From assembly GCA_043745805.1 (NCBI GenBank), contig JAYTSD010000008.1:325351-389350 (forward strand): a stretch of 64,000 bases of DNA, read 5' to 3'. This document shows, piece by piece, positions 19,401 to 30,396 of the stretch; within the stretch, counting starts at the first letter, position 1; the number at the start of each line of letters is the position of its first letter. Source of the DNA: Fibrobacteria bacterium (GTDB lineage Bacteria > Fibrobacterota > Fibrobacteria > UBA11236). The position numbers and the translations under genes are program-made. The notes under the pieces were generated by a model. It made no database searches. It was not told where the DNA came from and saw nothing but the letters and a program-made list of their open reading frames with translations.

Positions 19401-21200
19401 CTAAACCGGCGAAGAAGAAAGATGCGTAGTTTTGAAAAGACCTAAATCCTTAAGTAAAGTTCCAAAACGAATTTGTAAAAATTGGCGAATTTCATTGGCT
19501 GTTTTCATGCCTTGCACTTTTACGGCACATTTTCGCACCTCTTCATAAGTCAGTGAACGAATCAATTTTTTCATTTCTAATAATCCGCCTGGACCCATAG
19601 ATAATTCATCGACGTCCATACCTATTAATAAAATCGCTGAAAAAGGATCTGCTGCCATTTCTCCACAAACACCCACTTCAATCCCATGTGCATGACCCGT
19701 ATCAATAATGAGTTTAATCATTCTTAATACCGAAGGGCTTTGAGGTTCATATAAATCGGCAATTTTTTCATTAGCTCTATCCACGGCCAATGTGAATTGC
19801 ACTAAATCATTAGTACCGATGCTAAAAAAATCAACTTCTTGCGCCAATTCATGGGCGATCATCACCGCTGCAGGAACTTCTATCATACAACCAATAGGTA
19901 TTTTGGGATCATAGGAAACTTTATCGCGATCCATTTCTTCACATACTTGGCGCAAAATTTTTTTTGCTTCGCGAATTTCCCATACACTACAAATCATGGG
20001 AAACATTATGCGCACATTAAGCATAGCACTCGCGCGTAAAATGGCACGCAATTGTACTTTGAAAATGTCTTGATTATCCAAACATACACGAATTGAACGC
20101 CAGCCCATATAGGGATTAAGTTCACCCGCATTTTTTAAAGCCGGAACCAATTTATCACCACCCGCATCCATGGTACGAATAGTTAAAGTTCTTGGATTCA
20201 TGCGTTCAGCCATATAATTATAGGCCTGAAACTGTTCTTCCTCTTCTGGCATATCTTCACGAGTGATAAATAAAAATTCCGAACGGTATAAGCCTACGGA
20301 ATCAGCACCATATTGCAAAACACTTTCTACTTCCGAAGGCAATTCAATATTTGCAGCAATTTCTACATATTTTCCATCGAGGGTAACAGGATCGAGATCA
20401 CGCAGGGTAAACAGCTCACGCTCTAAAGCAAAAAAAGCTGCTTTTTTTATTTCATATTCTTTAATGTCGCGCAAAGAGGGATTTAAAATTACGATGCCTG
20501 CAGTTCCATCAACAATGATGGTAGCACCAAGATCCATTTCATTACCATGCCAGAGGATTCCTGAAACCGTTGGAATTTCTAAGGAACGCGCTAGAATTGC
20601 CACGTGGGAAGTACTACCTCCGACCTCGGTAATAATGCCTAAAGTATTCTTACGATTGAATTGCGAAAGCACTGAAGGCGTAAGATTATGTGTCATTACA
20701 ATAACGGGTGATTGAATATCGAGCGACCCCACATTGGTTTCACTCAAAGTCAAAATATCAATGACACGCGAAGCAATATCCCGCAAATCACTTTTATAAT
20801 CTTTGAGAAAACCACCGGAAACTTTTTCGAATTTTTCGATAAGGCTTCCCATTTTTTCACTAAAAGCAAATTCAGCATTGCATAAATTGTCACGAATATC
20901 ACGAATTACACTTTCTACGACGTCCACATCTTGTAAAATCAAAATGTGACTATCAAAAATGCGTGCTTCATATTCTCCGACATCGCCCACTATGCGGGAT
21001 TTCACCGCAAGTATTTCTTTTTGAGCGCGTTCTAAAGCTCGACGTAAACGTGCCACTTCTTGTTCAGCCTTTTCGGGTGCAATAGTAATACGTTTAACTA
21101 ATCGTTCTTCTGGATGCAATAAATAAGCTGGTCCAATGGCAAATCCCGGGGAAGCCGGAACGCCTTGCAGCACTTGGCGCTTGTGCTGATGGCCACTCAT
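19401..21200 (-). CDS. ptsI: Phosphoenolpyruvate--protein phosphotransferase (PTS enzyme I)
   Basis: TSHVAILAR phospho-His, GLYRSEF, ELNPYMGWR, SIGTNDL, CGEMA; no N-terminal GAF domain. Confidence 0.96.
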   Translation of the reverse strand: MSGHQHKRQVLQGVPASPGFAIGPAYLLHPEERLVKRITIAPEKAEQEVARLRRALERAQKEILAVKSRIVGDVGEYEARIFDSHILILQDVDVVESVIRDIRDNLCNAEFAFSEKMGSLIEKFEKVSGGFLKDYKSDLRDIASRVIDILTLSETNVGSLDIQSPVIVMTHNLTPSVLSQFNRKNTLGIITEVGGSTSHVAILARSLEIPTVSGILWHGNEMDLGATIIVDGTAGIVILNPSLRDIKEYEIKKAAFFALERELFTLRDLDPVTLDGKYVEIAANIELPSEVESVLQYGADSVGLYRSEFLFITREDMPEEEEQFQAYNYMAERMNPRTLTIRTMDAGGDKLVPALKNAGELNPYMGWRSIRVCLDNQDIFKVQLRAILRASAMLNVRIMFPMICSVWEIREAKKILRQVCEEMDRDKVSYDPKIPIGCMIEVPAAVMIAHELAQEVDFFSIGTNDLVQFTLAVDRANEKIADLYEPQSPSVLRMIKLIIDTGHAHGIEVGVCGEMAADPFSAILLIGMDVDELSMGPGGLLEMKKLIRSLTYEEVRKCAVKVQGMKTANEIRQFLQIRFGTLLKDLGLFKTTHLSSSPV

Positions 21201-21203
21201 ATT

Positions 21204-21470
21204 TTATTCAAATTTAAAACGGGATTGAAATAACTCGTCCATAGCCGCAAGCGCTTGTTCTTCGTCATTGCCTTCGGCTTCAACGCGAATAGTTGCGCCC
21301 ATTTCTGCTGCCAAAAGCATAATATTCATAATGCTCTTCGCATTGGCTCGCATTCCATCTTTTATAAAATACACCTGACTTTGAAATTTACCTGCCGCTT
21401 CAACCACAAGCGCAGCTGGGCGTGCATGTATGCCCGATTCATTCTGCACGGTTAATTCCTTAAATACCAT
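21204..21470 (-). CDS. ptsH: Phosphocarrier protein HPr
   Basis: GIHARPA (His15) and NAKSIM (Ser46). Confidence 0.96.
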   Translation of the reverse strand: MVFKELTVQNESGIHARPAALVVEAAGKFQSQVYFIKDGMRANAKSIMNIMLLAAEMGATIRVEAEGNDEEQALAAMDELFQSRFKFE

Positions 21471-23570
21471 TCAAATTCCCTCTTTCCAAATCAATTCCAT
21501 TGCACATTTTTTTTCTTGTCCCGCTGTTAATTCAATGTCCCATACGGGAATTAAAACCGTGCCTTGATAAACACGTTCATAGCCGCCTTCACTCTGACTC
21601 ACAGTTTCAATAGCATCTCTCCAAAATTCACAGGTATCCGCTTTTATGCAACCCTGTAAACGTAACCATTCATCACGAATTAAAACTTCGGTAGTTTCCA
21701 TCGAGCCATGCGAGGCCAAGCGATCTCTTTCGGGTTGTGTAGCATTTTTATTTTTCCATTCCACAAAACGATCCGAGGCATTACCTGCTAATAAACAAAA
21801 TAAATTTTCACTGACCAAACGAAAGTTCACGGATTCCAAACCACTAAAACTCCATTGTACTTTCAAGCCTTGCGCTGAGAAAATCATGGTTTTTTTCACT
21901 TGAAAGGCAATATGCGAGGCTTCCACCAATCCTTCTCCCATATATTCCGCGCACCAAGATTTTTTCGTCTGAGTCAATACAGGTGTTTTCCAAACCAATT
22001 TATAAGCTTCATGGTATTGTTGTGCGAAGTAAGTTTCTGGGCTGCATTGCGCTTGCAAACAATGATCCGCACTACTCCGTCGAGTACCTTTATCATAAAT
22101 AAGATATTGCTGTAAATTTTCTTCTTTACTGCCTAAAGTATTTTCCAGCTTGGTGCCATCTTCCGGCTTTCCCGCAATATTATCATGATAAGCTTCGAAT
22201 CGACGGGTAAGGGTATCAATTAAATTTACCTTGGTTTTTTTTAACCAAAGTTGATCCATTTCCGCTTGACCATTGAGGCTCACATATAACTCGGGGGTGT
22301 TTAACGCAAACTCCAGCTTGCCATCACAATTCCAATCTTCGCTTTCCCAAACTCCGAATGGACCCGCTATTTTGGAGGCGCTATTTTTGCTATCGATAAT
22401 TTTTTGCGCTTCAATCATTTGGCGATACAAAGCAAAACGCAAATGTGGTAAATACAAACCCCCAAATACGCCATGCCAATAGGCACAATTACATTGCGCT
22501 TGCCAAATATGATCTTGGGCTTCGGCAAATTCTGTTTCAGATAGTTCGGGTTTTATTTTTTGTAAAGCACGATTCAAACGCTGTACTTGTTTATGCATTT
22601 GATTACTTTCAGCATATTTACTGAAAAAATTGCGCCAAAAAACCCCTTTCACGAAAGGCAAATAATGCTGACTTTGTTCGCTTTGCATAAGGTCGCGTTG
22701 CGCTTGACGAAAAACGGGAATATCTTTTGCGTTCTGTGCCCAGATCATCATTTCTTGATAAGAGGCCGGAGGAATATATACCAAACCTAAATTTTTCTCG
22801 GGACTTAAACCTCGGGCCACAGTTTCCATGCGAATAGCCCCATTACTTTGTTCTATCGCTTCAAAAAAATGATGTAACCATTTTTCGCCATAGCAAAGCT
22901 GATTTGTAAAAGGCCAATCTCCAAATTTTTCACCATCATCACCAAACACTACTTGCACATGCTCTTTAGTATTCATGGCATGCAAGGTTTGTATCACATC
23001 ACCTACCGGACGAAAGGGAATGAAATCACGCACCACATCGTGAATGGGAAACATCTTAAGCGTGTAACCTTGATCTTCAGAAATAAAATAGCCATCCATT
23101 TCATTTTCATGCTTGCCCGCCATTTTAAAATGGCTACCATCGAGCAATACATACTCAATGCCGGCTTCGGCAATCACCTTAACCAAAGAAGGTTCCCATA
23201 CCCGTTCAGCAAGCCAAATTCCTTTAGGGGTAACTCCAAAGAGTCGCTTCACCGCAGCTTGTAATTTTTTTAATTGTCCTAATTTGTCGGCATCCGAAAT
23301 AATGGGCAAAATGGGTTCATAAAATCCCCCTCCCAAAATTTCCACTTGCCCACGTTTCACTAAACTTTTTAGTTTTTTCAAATACGCGGGTTTATGCTCT
23401 TCCAGCCAAGTCAGTAAAATGCCGGAAAAATGTAAGGATAAAGAAATATTAGGATGCGCTTCTAGATTATCTAAAAATGGTGCATAGGCTTGATCAAAAG
23501 CCTTTTCAAAAACAAAATCAAAGTTACCCACCGGTTGATGGTTATGAATTGCAAAGAGTAAGTGGATCAA
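21471..23570 (-). CDS. GH57 alpha-amylase / 4-alpha-glucanotransferase (with DUF1925/DUF1926 domains)
   Basis: HNHQPVGN, GGGFYEP, WLAERVWE, DDGEKFG, AQCN-x-AYWHGVFGGLYLPHLR, SQSEGGYE; TTG start with GGAG. Confidence 0.92.
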   Translation of the reverse strand: MIHLLFAIHNHQPVGNFDFVFEKAFDQAYAPFLDNLEAHPNISLSLHFSGILLTWLEEHKPAYLKKLKSLVKRGQVEILGGGFYEPILPIISDADKLGQLKKLQAAVKRLFGVTPKGIWLAERVWEPSLVKVIAEAGIEYVLLDGSHFKMAGKHENEMDGYFISEDQGYTLKMFPIHDVVRDFIPFRPVGDVIQTLHAMNTKEHVQVVFGDDGEKFGDWPFTNQLCYGEKWLHHFFEAIEQSNGAIRMETVARGLSPEKNLGLVYIPPASYQEMMIWAQNAKDIPVFRQAQRDLMQSEQSQHYLPFVKGVFWRNFFSKYAESNQMHKQVQRLNRALQKIKPELSETEFAEAQDHIWQAQCNCAYWHGVFGGLYLPHLRFALYRQMIEAQKIIDSKNSASKIAGPFGVWESEDWNCDGKLEFALNTPELYVSLNGQAEMDQLWLKKTKVNLIDTLTRRFEAYHDNIAGKPEDGTKLENTLGSKEENLQQYLIYDKGTRRSSADHCLQAQCSPETYFAQQYHEAYKLVWKTPVLTQTKKSWCAEYMGEGLVEASHIAFQVKKTMIFSAQGLKVQWSFSGLESVNFRLVSENLFCLLAGNASDRFVEWKNKNATQPERDRLASHGSMETTEVLIRDEWLRLQGCIKADTCEFWRDAIETVSQSEGGYERVYQGTVLIPVWDIELTAGQEKKCAMELIWKEGI

Positions 23571-23580
23571 GGAAAACTCC

Positions 23581-24483
23581 TTAGAACAAATCGATATTTA
23601 CGTCGAGGCCCTGTTTTTTAATTTGCCGAAAAAGCGAGTCTGCACTTTGCGCGGTAGAACGCAACTCAGTATATAAAGTGGTGTCATTTAGCATCGCTCC
23701 CAAAGTACTATGCCCACTTTGTGCTTTTTCCAACATATGATTCATATTCTCTGCAATTTGATCGGCCTTAGCGGCTACCACTTTTAAGCGTTCGGAAATA
23801 TCTTCCCCATTTTTAATAATATTATGCAAAGGTTTTTGTTCCTCTTTGATCAGGCTATTCATTTGCAAACTGGCATTTTCCAAATTGGCTATGCTATGAC
23901 GTATTTGCGGATCCACTTTTTTAACTAAATCATTGAGTCGATTACTAAGCGCCTTCGTATCATCCAAGAGCTGATTAAAAGTACTTACAAATTCTTTTTT
24001 GCCTACTGTGCTATCCATCACACTTCTTAAGGTTTTAACCATAATTTCGGATTGCACAAACACTTCACCCGCTATGCCCAAAGCTTCCGCAATGCCGGCA
24101 TCAAGTACACCTTGTAATTCAGCGCCCGGTACGAAATAGTCAGAGGAATGTCCAAGCAAAATTCCTATTTGGCGTTCACCCATAAGTCCAATATTTTGAA
24201 TACGTACTTCACTATCCTTAGGAAGACGAATCCCTCTCTCCACTTCCACCGTAACATGTACGTGCTGATCAATTAATTTGAGATCAGCCACTTTCCCCAT
24301 TTTCACACCATTAACTTTAACGGGATCACCATTTTGCAAAGTGGAAACTTGATCAAACAAAACACTATATTTATCCATTTTTCTTCCTGGAGACGTTTCC
24401 TTCAGGAAGTACACGCCGTATAGCAAAATGGCTACGGCGAGGACCACAAATAGGCCTACAACAAAATTATCTTTTCGATCCAT
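23581..24483 (-). CDS. mlaD: MlaD / MCE-family protein
   Basis: N-terminal TM, GDPVKVNGVKMGKV, IGLMGERQI, C-terminal helical extension. Confidence 0.88.
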   Translation of the reverse strand: MDRKDNFVVGLFVVLAVAILLYGVYFLKETSPGRKMDKYSVLFDQVSTLQNGDPVKVNGVKMGKVADLKLIDQHVHVTVEVERGIRLPKDSEVRIQNIGLMGERQIGILLGHSSDYFVPGAELQGVLDAGIAEALGIAGEVFVQSEIMVKTLRSVMDSTVGKKEFVSTFNQLLDDTKALSNRLNDLVKKVDPQIRHSIANLENASLQMNSLIKEEQKPLHNIIKNGEDISERLKVVAAKADQIAENMNHMLEKAQSGHSTLGAMLNDTTLYTELRSTAQSADSLFRQIKKQGLDVNIDLF

Positions 24484-24573
24484 CTTGGCGTAAATATAAA
24501 TACTGTAAGCGCAAAGCCTTTATGGCTCTCAAAGATAATGTTAGAAATCGATGCACCTGAATATTAGGTTTGG

Positions 24574-25590
24574 TTATTCGTAAACCTCGGTGGATAACCG
24601 GGTTAAAGAGTTGAGGCGTGTTTTGTTTTTCATTGTTTCTATCAATTTTTCGTTGAAAAGTTTGGCCGCGTCGATGCCGTTCATTTTGAGTAGCATATTC
24701 ATAGCTATCACTTCGGATATCACGGTAATATTTTTGCCAGGAGAGATGGGAATAATCACTTTGGGCACACCCACACCTATCACATCGGTGATTAAAGGAT
24801 CGAGTCCTGTACGTTCGTAATTTTCTCCGTCTCGCCATTTCTGCAATTCTACCACTACTTCCACTTTTTTGGTATTACGAATTGCACGAATACCGAATAA
24901 TTTACCCACATCGACAATACCAATGCCACGAATTTCCATATGATGACCAAGAATTTTATTTCCTTTGCCTATAATGGAATGCCCTTTGCGAATTAAATGC
25001 ACAATATCATCGGCGACTAAGCGATGTCCGCGCTCTACTAAATCGAGTACGCATTCACTTTTTCCCACGCCACTTTCCCCAACATAGAGCATTCCCACGC
25101 CGTACACATCCACTAAGGAAGCGTGAACGGAACAGTAAGGGGAAAACCAATCCTCTAAAATATCTTGCACTTCGGTGCAATAATTTAAAGTTTCGCGCGA
25201 AGTGGTCATGATCGGCACATTTTGCGCCAAGCACATTTGCAAAAGTTCATCATGCAAACCAGCATTATGCGTCAACACCCAAAGCGGTGACCGATATTCT
25301 TTAAGTCGATCAAAAATTTCTTTGCGTTTTTCCGTACCAATCGATTCCAAATAAGACCATTCAGTGGTGCCGATGATTTGTACGCGTTGAAAAGAATAAA
25401 CTCCGGTAAAGCCGGCTAAGGCTAAACCAGGACGATGTAAATTAGCTTCAATAATTTCTGTGCAAAGAGTGGTTTCAGGAGTTTTTAAACTCATAGAAAG
25501 TTCTTCACGAAACTGGGTATAAAAATCCCTCACAGGGAGGGAACGTTTACGGTTTATTTCTAATCGATTGAATTCTATTTGTTGAGGCAA
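24574..25590 (-). CDS. hprK: HPr(Ser) kinase/phosphorylase
   Basis: HRPGLALAG, GESGVGKSE, RGHRLVADD, HHMEIRGIG. Confidence 0.96.
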   Translation of the reverse strand: MPQQIEFNRLEINRKRSLPVRDFYTQFREELSMSLKTPETTLCTEIIEANLHRPGLALAGFTGVYSFQRVQIIGTTEWSYLESIGTEKRKEIFDRLKEYRSPLWVLTHNAGLHDELLQMCLAQNVPIMTTSRETLNYCTEVQDILEDWFSPYCSVHASLVDVYGVGMLYVGESGVGKSECVLDLVERGHRLVADDIVHLIRKGHSIIGKGNKILGHHMEIRGIGIVDVGKLFGIRAIRNTKKVEVVVELQKWRDGENYERTGLDPLITDVIGVGVPKVIIPISPGKNITVISEVIAMNMLLKMNGIDAAKLFNEKLIETMKNKTRLNSLTRLSTEVYE

Positions 25591-25601
25591 TACAAAAGTC
25601 T

Positions 25602-25928
25602 CTACGGTTCTGCGATTAAGGAAGCAATAGGCGCACCTTTATGCACCTTCATTTTTTCATTCTCTTTTTTTAATTGTCTTTCGACCTTGCCGAGCATACT
25701 TTCGATTGCCTTATGCATATTTTCTTCTTCGGCGTGTGCATGCACCGTTTTATCTAAAATCTTCACAGTGATTTCAGCTTTACGCATCCCTTCATGTGGA
25801 GCATCGAGTACGACGTGAGCGCCGCTTATAGAATCATTAAACTTCGTGATTCTTTCGACATTCTCTTTAATATTGGCATATAACTGATTCGAAGCTTCAA
25901 AATGCCGAGCGGTGATTTGGATTTTCAT
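25602..25928 (-). CDS. hpf: Ribosome hibernation promoting factor / RaiA (short form)
   Basis: MKIQITARHF...AE-x-T...KVERQLKK; follows rpoN. Confidence 0.88.
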   Translation of the reverse strand: MKIQITARHFEASNQLYANIKENVERITKFNDSISGAHVVLDAPHEGMRKAEITVKILDKTVHAHAEEENMHKAIESMLGKVERQLKKENEKMKVHKGAPIASLIAEP

Positions 25929-26056
25929 GTGGCTCTCCTTCTTGTAAGTCGTTGTGGTTAATGGCTGTCCATCCTTAATCTACATAAACACAATACATAA
26001 ATTGGATGACTAGAGGAAATATTTTTATTGCCGTAATGCTCATATGTCCAAGTTTT

Positions 26057-26085
26057 ATCTTAACGAGGACCTTAACGCTTGTCAA
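26057..26085 (-). promoter_or_regulatory. Sigma70-type promoter upstream of hpf
   Basis: TTGACA-N17-TAAGAT on the minus strand; the -35 lies inside the palindrome CGCTTG-T-CAAGCG. Confidence 0.6.
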
Positions 26086-26108
26086 GCGCTAAAGTGAATT
26101 TTACGGCA

Positions 26109-27710
26109 TCAATATTGTTTTCGCAGCCGGGCAGGGAGAATTTCCAGCTGATCGCGGTATTTGGCAACTGTTCTGCGAGCGACATCTAAATTCTTGCTTT
26201 TCAAAATTTCCACAATTTTTTGGTCACTTAAGGGCTTTTTTGCATCTTCTGAACCAATAAGCCTTTTGATTTCTTCTTTTGCCGTCACCGAAGAGACTTC
26301 ACTGCCATCGGCTTGCGTGACACCGGCGGTAAAAAAATACTTGAGTTCAAAAATACCATGTTTGGTTTGTACATACTTGCCATTGGTCACTCGGCTAACC
26401 GTAGAGATATGCATGCTGATTTTATCCGCTACATCTTGGAGAATAAGCGGTCGTAAATAGGTTGGTCCTTGGGTAAAAAACTCAGGTTGGGTTTCCACAA
26501 TGGCATGCATCACTTTTAACATGGTGGATTTACGCTGTTCAATGGCGCGAATTAACCAAGTCGCAGAATTTAATTTATCTCTAACGAATTTTTTTTCTTC
26601 GGTGCGTGCTTTACTACCCTTACGTAACAAATCTGCATAAGCTTTGGAAATGTGCAAAGAAGGAAAGCTGCGATCATTTAGCATCAATACTAATTGACCT
26701 TCTACTTCTTCCACAATTAAATCGGGTATCACAGTATTCGCCGGAGAAGAATAAACTAAACGTCCTGGCTTAGGTTCTAGAATTCCAATTTCTTTTAATG
26801 AATTTTGAATTTGCTCTGGAGTTAATTCGTATTTTTTTGCTAGCACCGCAATTTTAAGTTTTTCTAATAAATCAAAATCTTCGGTAATAATACGTTTAGC
26901 CAATTCACTAAATTTGGGTAAGCGATTGATTTGCAAAAGCAAACATTCACGCAAGTTACGTGCCCCAACGCCCGCAGGATCCATGCCCTGTAAAACATGG
27001 AAAGCTTCACGCACATCTTTGGAAGCTAAATGCAAATCCATTTCACCTTGAATAATCGCTTGAATTTGTCGAATCTCGGGCTCATCTGAAATATTCCCCA
27101 CTTGATTGGAGGGGACTTGAGAGGCGTTTTCAATCAGCTGATTTTCTGCGGCTAAATAGCCGGTTTCATCTAAACTGTAAATGAGGTATTCCACTAATTC
27201 CAAAATACGCGCACTAATTTTTCTATCAATTAATTGTGAAAGCAAATGATCTTGTAAAGTTTTCGCGTAAACCGGAACACGTTCAAAACGTTCATCCGGA
27301 CTTTCAGATTCTTCCGAATGTTTACTCCCATGATCAAAACCTTCTTCCAAATATGATTCCCAATCAATTTCATTAGACTTTTCAGGTGTTTCGGGAATAA
27401 TTAAATCACCATCGTTAATTTCGGGCGAAGGATCGGAGCCTTCTTCAGGTGAAGTTGCTCTTTCAGCTAAAGGCGCTTCGGGAGGGTTATCATCGCCATT
27501 TTCATCCGACTCCCCTTCCTTTTCATCTTTTTTTTGTTCTATGTCAATGTCATCAGTCATTTCTAAAAGCGGATTATTTTCCAACTCTTGTTTGACCACC
27601 AAATCGAGCTCCATAGAATTCATTTGCAGTAGCTTGAGGCTCTGTATCATTTGTGGTGAGAGTCTTTGCTCTAAACCAACATTAAGATTTAAATCCAAAC
27701 CGAAATTCAT
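26109..27710 (-). CDS. rpoN: RNA polymerase sigma-54 factor
   Basis: LSPQMIQSLKLLQ, DPAGVGARNL, HISTVSRVT, RpoN box ARRTVAKYR. Confidence 0.97.
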   Translation of the reverse strand: MNFGLDLNLNVGLEQRLSPQMIQSLKLLQMNSMELDLVVKQELENNPLLEMTDDIDIEQKKDEKEGESDENGDDNPPEAPLAERATSPEEGSDPSPEINDGDLIIPETPEKSNEIDWESYLEEGFDHGSKHSEESESPDERFERVPVYAKTLQDHLLSQLIDRKISARILELVEYLIYSLDETGYLAAENQLIENASQVPSNQVGNISDEPEIRQIQAIIQGEMDLHLASKDVREAFHVLQGMDPAGVGARNLRECLLLQINRLPKFSELAKRIITEDFDLLEKLKIAVLAKKYELTPEQIQNSLKEIGILEPKPGRLVYSSPANTVIPDLIVEEVEGQLVLMLNDRSFPSLHISKAYADLLRKGSKARTEEKKFVRDKLNSATWLIRAIEQRKSTMLKVMHAIVETQPEFFTQGPTYLRPLILQDVADKISMHISTVSRVTNGKYVQTKHGIFELKYFFTAGVTQADGSEVSSVTAKEEIKRLIGSEDAKKPLSDQKIVEILKSKNLDVARRTVAKYRDQLEILPARLRKQY

Positions 27711-27772
27711 AAGCCTCTAATTTTAATTTCTCTTGTAAGCCATTTTAGCTTAACCATTATATGCAATTTATT

Positions 27773-28495
27773 TTAACCAAGTGAAAAGGATTTTCCCAAA
27801 TAAATTCGACGCGCTTCTTCATCTTGGGCCAAATGTTCCGCCGACCCTTCAATTAAAACTTTACCTTCGAACATGATATAGGCTCGATTCGTAGTGGCCA
27901 AAGTTTCCCGTACACTATGATCGGTAATTAATATGCCCATGCCTTTATCTCGTAAATTAAATATTACCGATTGTATATCTTCTACAGCAATAGGGTCAAT
28001 GCCCGCAAAAGGCTCATCCAATAATAAAAAGCTGGGATTGGTGGTTAAAGCACGCGCAATTTCTAGGCGTCGACGTTCCCCACCACTTAAGGTATAGGCC
28101 TTATTTTTACGTAAATGCGCAATTTTAAACTCTTCCAAAAGTTTTTCTAAAGTCTCTTTGCGTTCATTGCGTGATAGGGATCGCGTTTCTAAAATGGCTA
28201 AAATATTATCTTGCACCGACAATTTTCGGAATACCGAACTTTCTTGGGGCAAATAACCTAAACCTAATTGCGCACGACGAAACATAGGCATTTTGGAAAC
28301 ATCTTGTTCTCCAATTAATACGCGACCCAAATTTGCCCGTATCATGCCGGTTATCATATAAAAAGAAGTAGTTTTGCCCGCGCCATTGGGACCCAATAAA
28401 CCCACCACTTCGCCCTTATTCACATGAAAGCTTACGCCATCCACAACCTTACGGCCATTGTAAATTTTGACCAAGGATTCTGCTTTAATTTGCAT
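27773..28495 (-). CDS. lptB: LPS export ABC transporter ATP-binding protein
   Basis: [14 protein letters not shown]-x-[21 protein letters not shown]. Confidence 0.96.
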   Translation of the reverse strand: MQIKAESLVKIYNGRKVVDGVSFHVNKGEVVGLLGPNGAGKTTSFYMITGMIRANLGRVLIGEQDVSKMPMFRRAQLGLGYLPQESSVFRKLSVQDNILAILETRSLSRNERKETLEKLLEEFKIAHLRKNKAYTLSGGERRRLEIARALTTNPSFLLLDEPFAGIDPIAVEDIQSVIFNLRDKGMGILITDHSVRETLATTNRAYIMFEGKVLIEGSAEHLAQDEEARRIYLGKSFSLG

Positions 28496-29666
28496 GTACT
28501 GGTCCCTTGCTCGTCGAATCTTTTGGCATAAGCTTATGTTCTACTTCCGCATAATAAGTTCCAGTGGCTCGTCCCTGTACTTGCACCTCATCCACTTTGC
28601 CCTTTACGAAAGCAAAAGAAATGGTATCCCCTTCTGCCATATTTTTACCCTTCAATTTTTTCTTCTCAACTTGAAAATAGGTGCTTTTTGCCCCACCCGA
28701 AACAATTGCGCTGTGAATTTTTTTATCCCGAAAACGCATCACCATATAATCACCATTCATGGTATTCACCAATTTAGGTTGATCCACTTCATAAAAACGG
28801 CTTTTCGCATGGTTAAAAACTTGTACACTATCAATTGCCTTATTTTTAAAAGCTAATAATAGGGAGTCCCCTTCCACATTACTTTGACGCGCAGCGCTGG
28901 TGTCGGTAGCAGCTTCCAAGGAATTAGCAATAGCTTTGCCCTTAACCAAAAGCCCTTGCAAAAGGTCTCCTTGTAAACTCATACGCATGAGCTGGCCTTT
29001 AATTTCATTATCATCCACCGTTACCCGAGGATCGCCTTTTAAAAACAAAGAGTCGGTTTGATCATGGAACTCCGCTTTGTCGCAATAGATACGCATTTTC
29101 TCGCGGCGAATCTCTACCTTATTTTCTGCAATGGCTATTGAGGTCGAATCATTATACTCTAATTTTTCACCCCGAATTTCCAATGTGTCTTTTTTACTTT
29201 TATGGCTAACAGTGTCCGTAGAAGTGGAGTAACGTTTCAATAAGGGTTGACCGGTAAGCACGGCCACATGGGTAGCTCGATTATAAATCAAATTATCCCC
29301 AAATAATTCGGCCTCTCCACTACTATCGATGCCATGCACGCGCCCTTGTGCAGTGGCTTCATTTAACGATTTACTATAACTGCCTCTATCCGCAGTTAAT
29401 ATTGATGCATTTTGCGAAACCTTAATGCCTTGCTGACAATAGATCAAGTTTTGTTCCTTAACCCAAACGGCTCTTTCGGTTTCCAAAGTTAAATGACCAT
29501 GGCGAAACCGCACATGACCCACCAAAATAATTTCTCCGCGGCTACGGTAGCCTTCTAGTTTATCCGCATTTTCCATAAGCAGTGGTTCATCCGAAATATC
29601 ATCGGATAAATTCTTTGCCCATGTCAGCGAAGCGCACAAAATCATTAGCCCTAATACAATTTTCAT
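28485..29666 (-). CDS. LptA/OstA-like beta-jellyroll protein (extended)
   Basis: Signal peptide, repeated OstA-like beta units; lies between lptC and lptB. Confidence 0.8.
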   Translation of the reverse strand: MKIVLGLMILCASLTWAKNLSDDISDEPLLMENADKLEGYRSRGEIILVGHVRFRHGHLTLETERAVWVKEQNLIYCQQGIKVSQNASILTADRGSYSKSLNEATAQGRVHGIDSSGEAELFGDNLIYNRATHVAVLTGQPLLKRYSTSTDTVSHKSKKDTLEIRGEKLEYNDSTSIAIAENKVEIRREKMRIYCDKAEFHDQTDSLFLKGDPRVTVDDNEIKGQLMRMSLQGDLLQGLLVKGKAIANSLEAATDTSAARQSNVEGDSLLLAFKNKAIDSVQVFNHAKSRFYEVDQPKLVNTMNGDYMVMRFRDKKIHSAIVSGGAKSTYFQVEKKKLKGKNMAEGDTISFAFVKGKVDEVQVQGRATGTYYAEVEHKLMPKDSTSKGPVHAN

Positions 29667-30388
29667 GGCGTATTTTTCTTAGTACTATCACTAATTACCG
29701 CCGGAGCGGTAACCGGTGCGTTTACATGAGGTTCAGCCGTTTCTTGCTGTTGCACCCGCGCTTTAACTTTTTGAAAAATACCTTTTACATCCGCCAAAAT
29801 TTGCCAATTATCCAATTTTGCATCGGAAACAAAACCTCGACCTGTGAGCACGTCACCATCTTCAGAAACCACTCGTACACGTGCTTGCGTACTAATTTGA
29901 TTTGCACTTTTATTCCAGCGCAAAGAATCGGTTTGTAAATCCACCCCTTTAGTGGAATGCCCATGCACATGGCCAGCAGCCGATAAAAAACTTTGACCCT
30001 CATCCACTTCACCCGAATCCGCCGTGAGCTTGATTAAAATTTTGCCTAAGGAATCGTAAACTTTTAAATCCACTGGCATAGCATGAACCAAATCGCTTCC
30101 CGACCATTTCACTAAATGCTTAGTATGCATAATCCAACTCAAACGCGAACCTTCATACATATCCAAAACTGTACTATCCTGATATTCAGCTAAAGGGATT
30201 TGCTTTAGTGTAGAAGTAAATTGCGGCTCTTGATCCACTTTTGAACAAGCCTCAATAAAAAAAATACCGAATAAAACGCCAAGCCATAAACCCGATGAAG
30301 AAACCAATAATGAAGTGACTCTTTGTAGAATAACCAAGTGCCGTGGCGAAGGCTTTTTAGGGTTCATAGGGTCTTCATAAAATTCCAT
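29663..30388 (-). CDS. lptC: LPS export periplasmic protein LptC
   Basis: LTADSG, L-x-TDSL-x-W, I-x-T-x2-V, G-x-GF-x-SD; operon position. Start is 30388 or 30367. Confidence 0.82.
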   Translation of the reverse strand: MEFYEDPMNPKKPSPRHLVILQRVTSLLVSSSGLWLGVLFGIFFIEACSKVDQEPQFTSTLKQIPLAEYQDSTVLDMYEGSRLSWIMHTKHLVKWSGSDLVHAMPVDLKVYDSLGKILIKLTADSGEVDEGQSFLSAAGHVHGHSTKGVDLQTDSLRWNKSANQISTQARVRVVSEDGDVLTGRGFVSDAKLDNWQILADVKGIFQKVKARVQQQETAEPHVNAPVTAPAVISDSTKKNTP

Positions 30389-30396
30389 GGGGCTGA

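Noticed and set aside
20263-20715. 150-aa plus-strand ORF
   Set aside because: Antisense shadow of ptsI; the same applies to most short nested ORFs in the track
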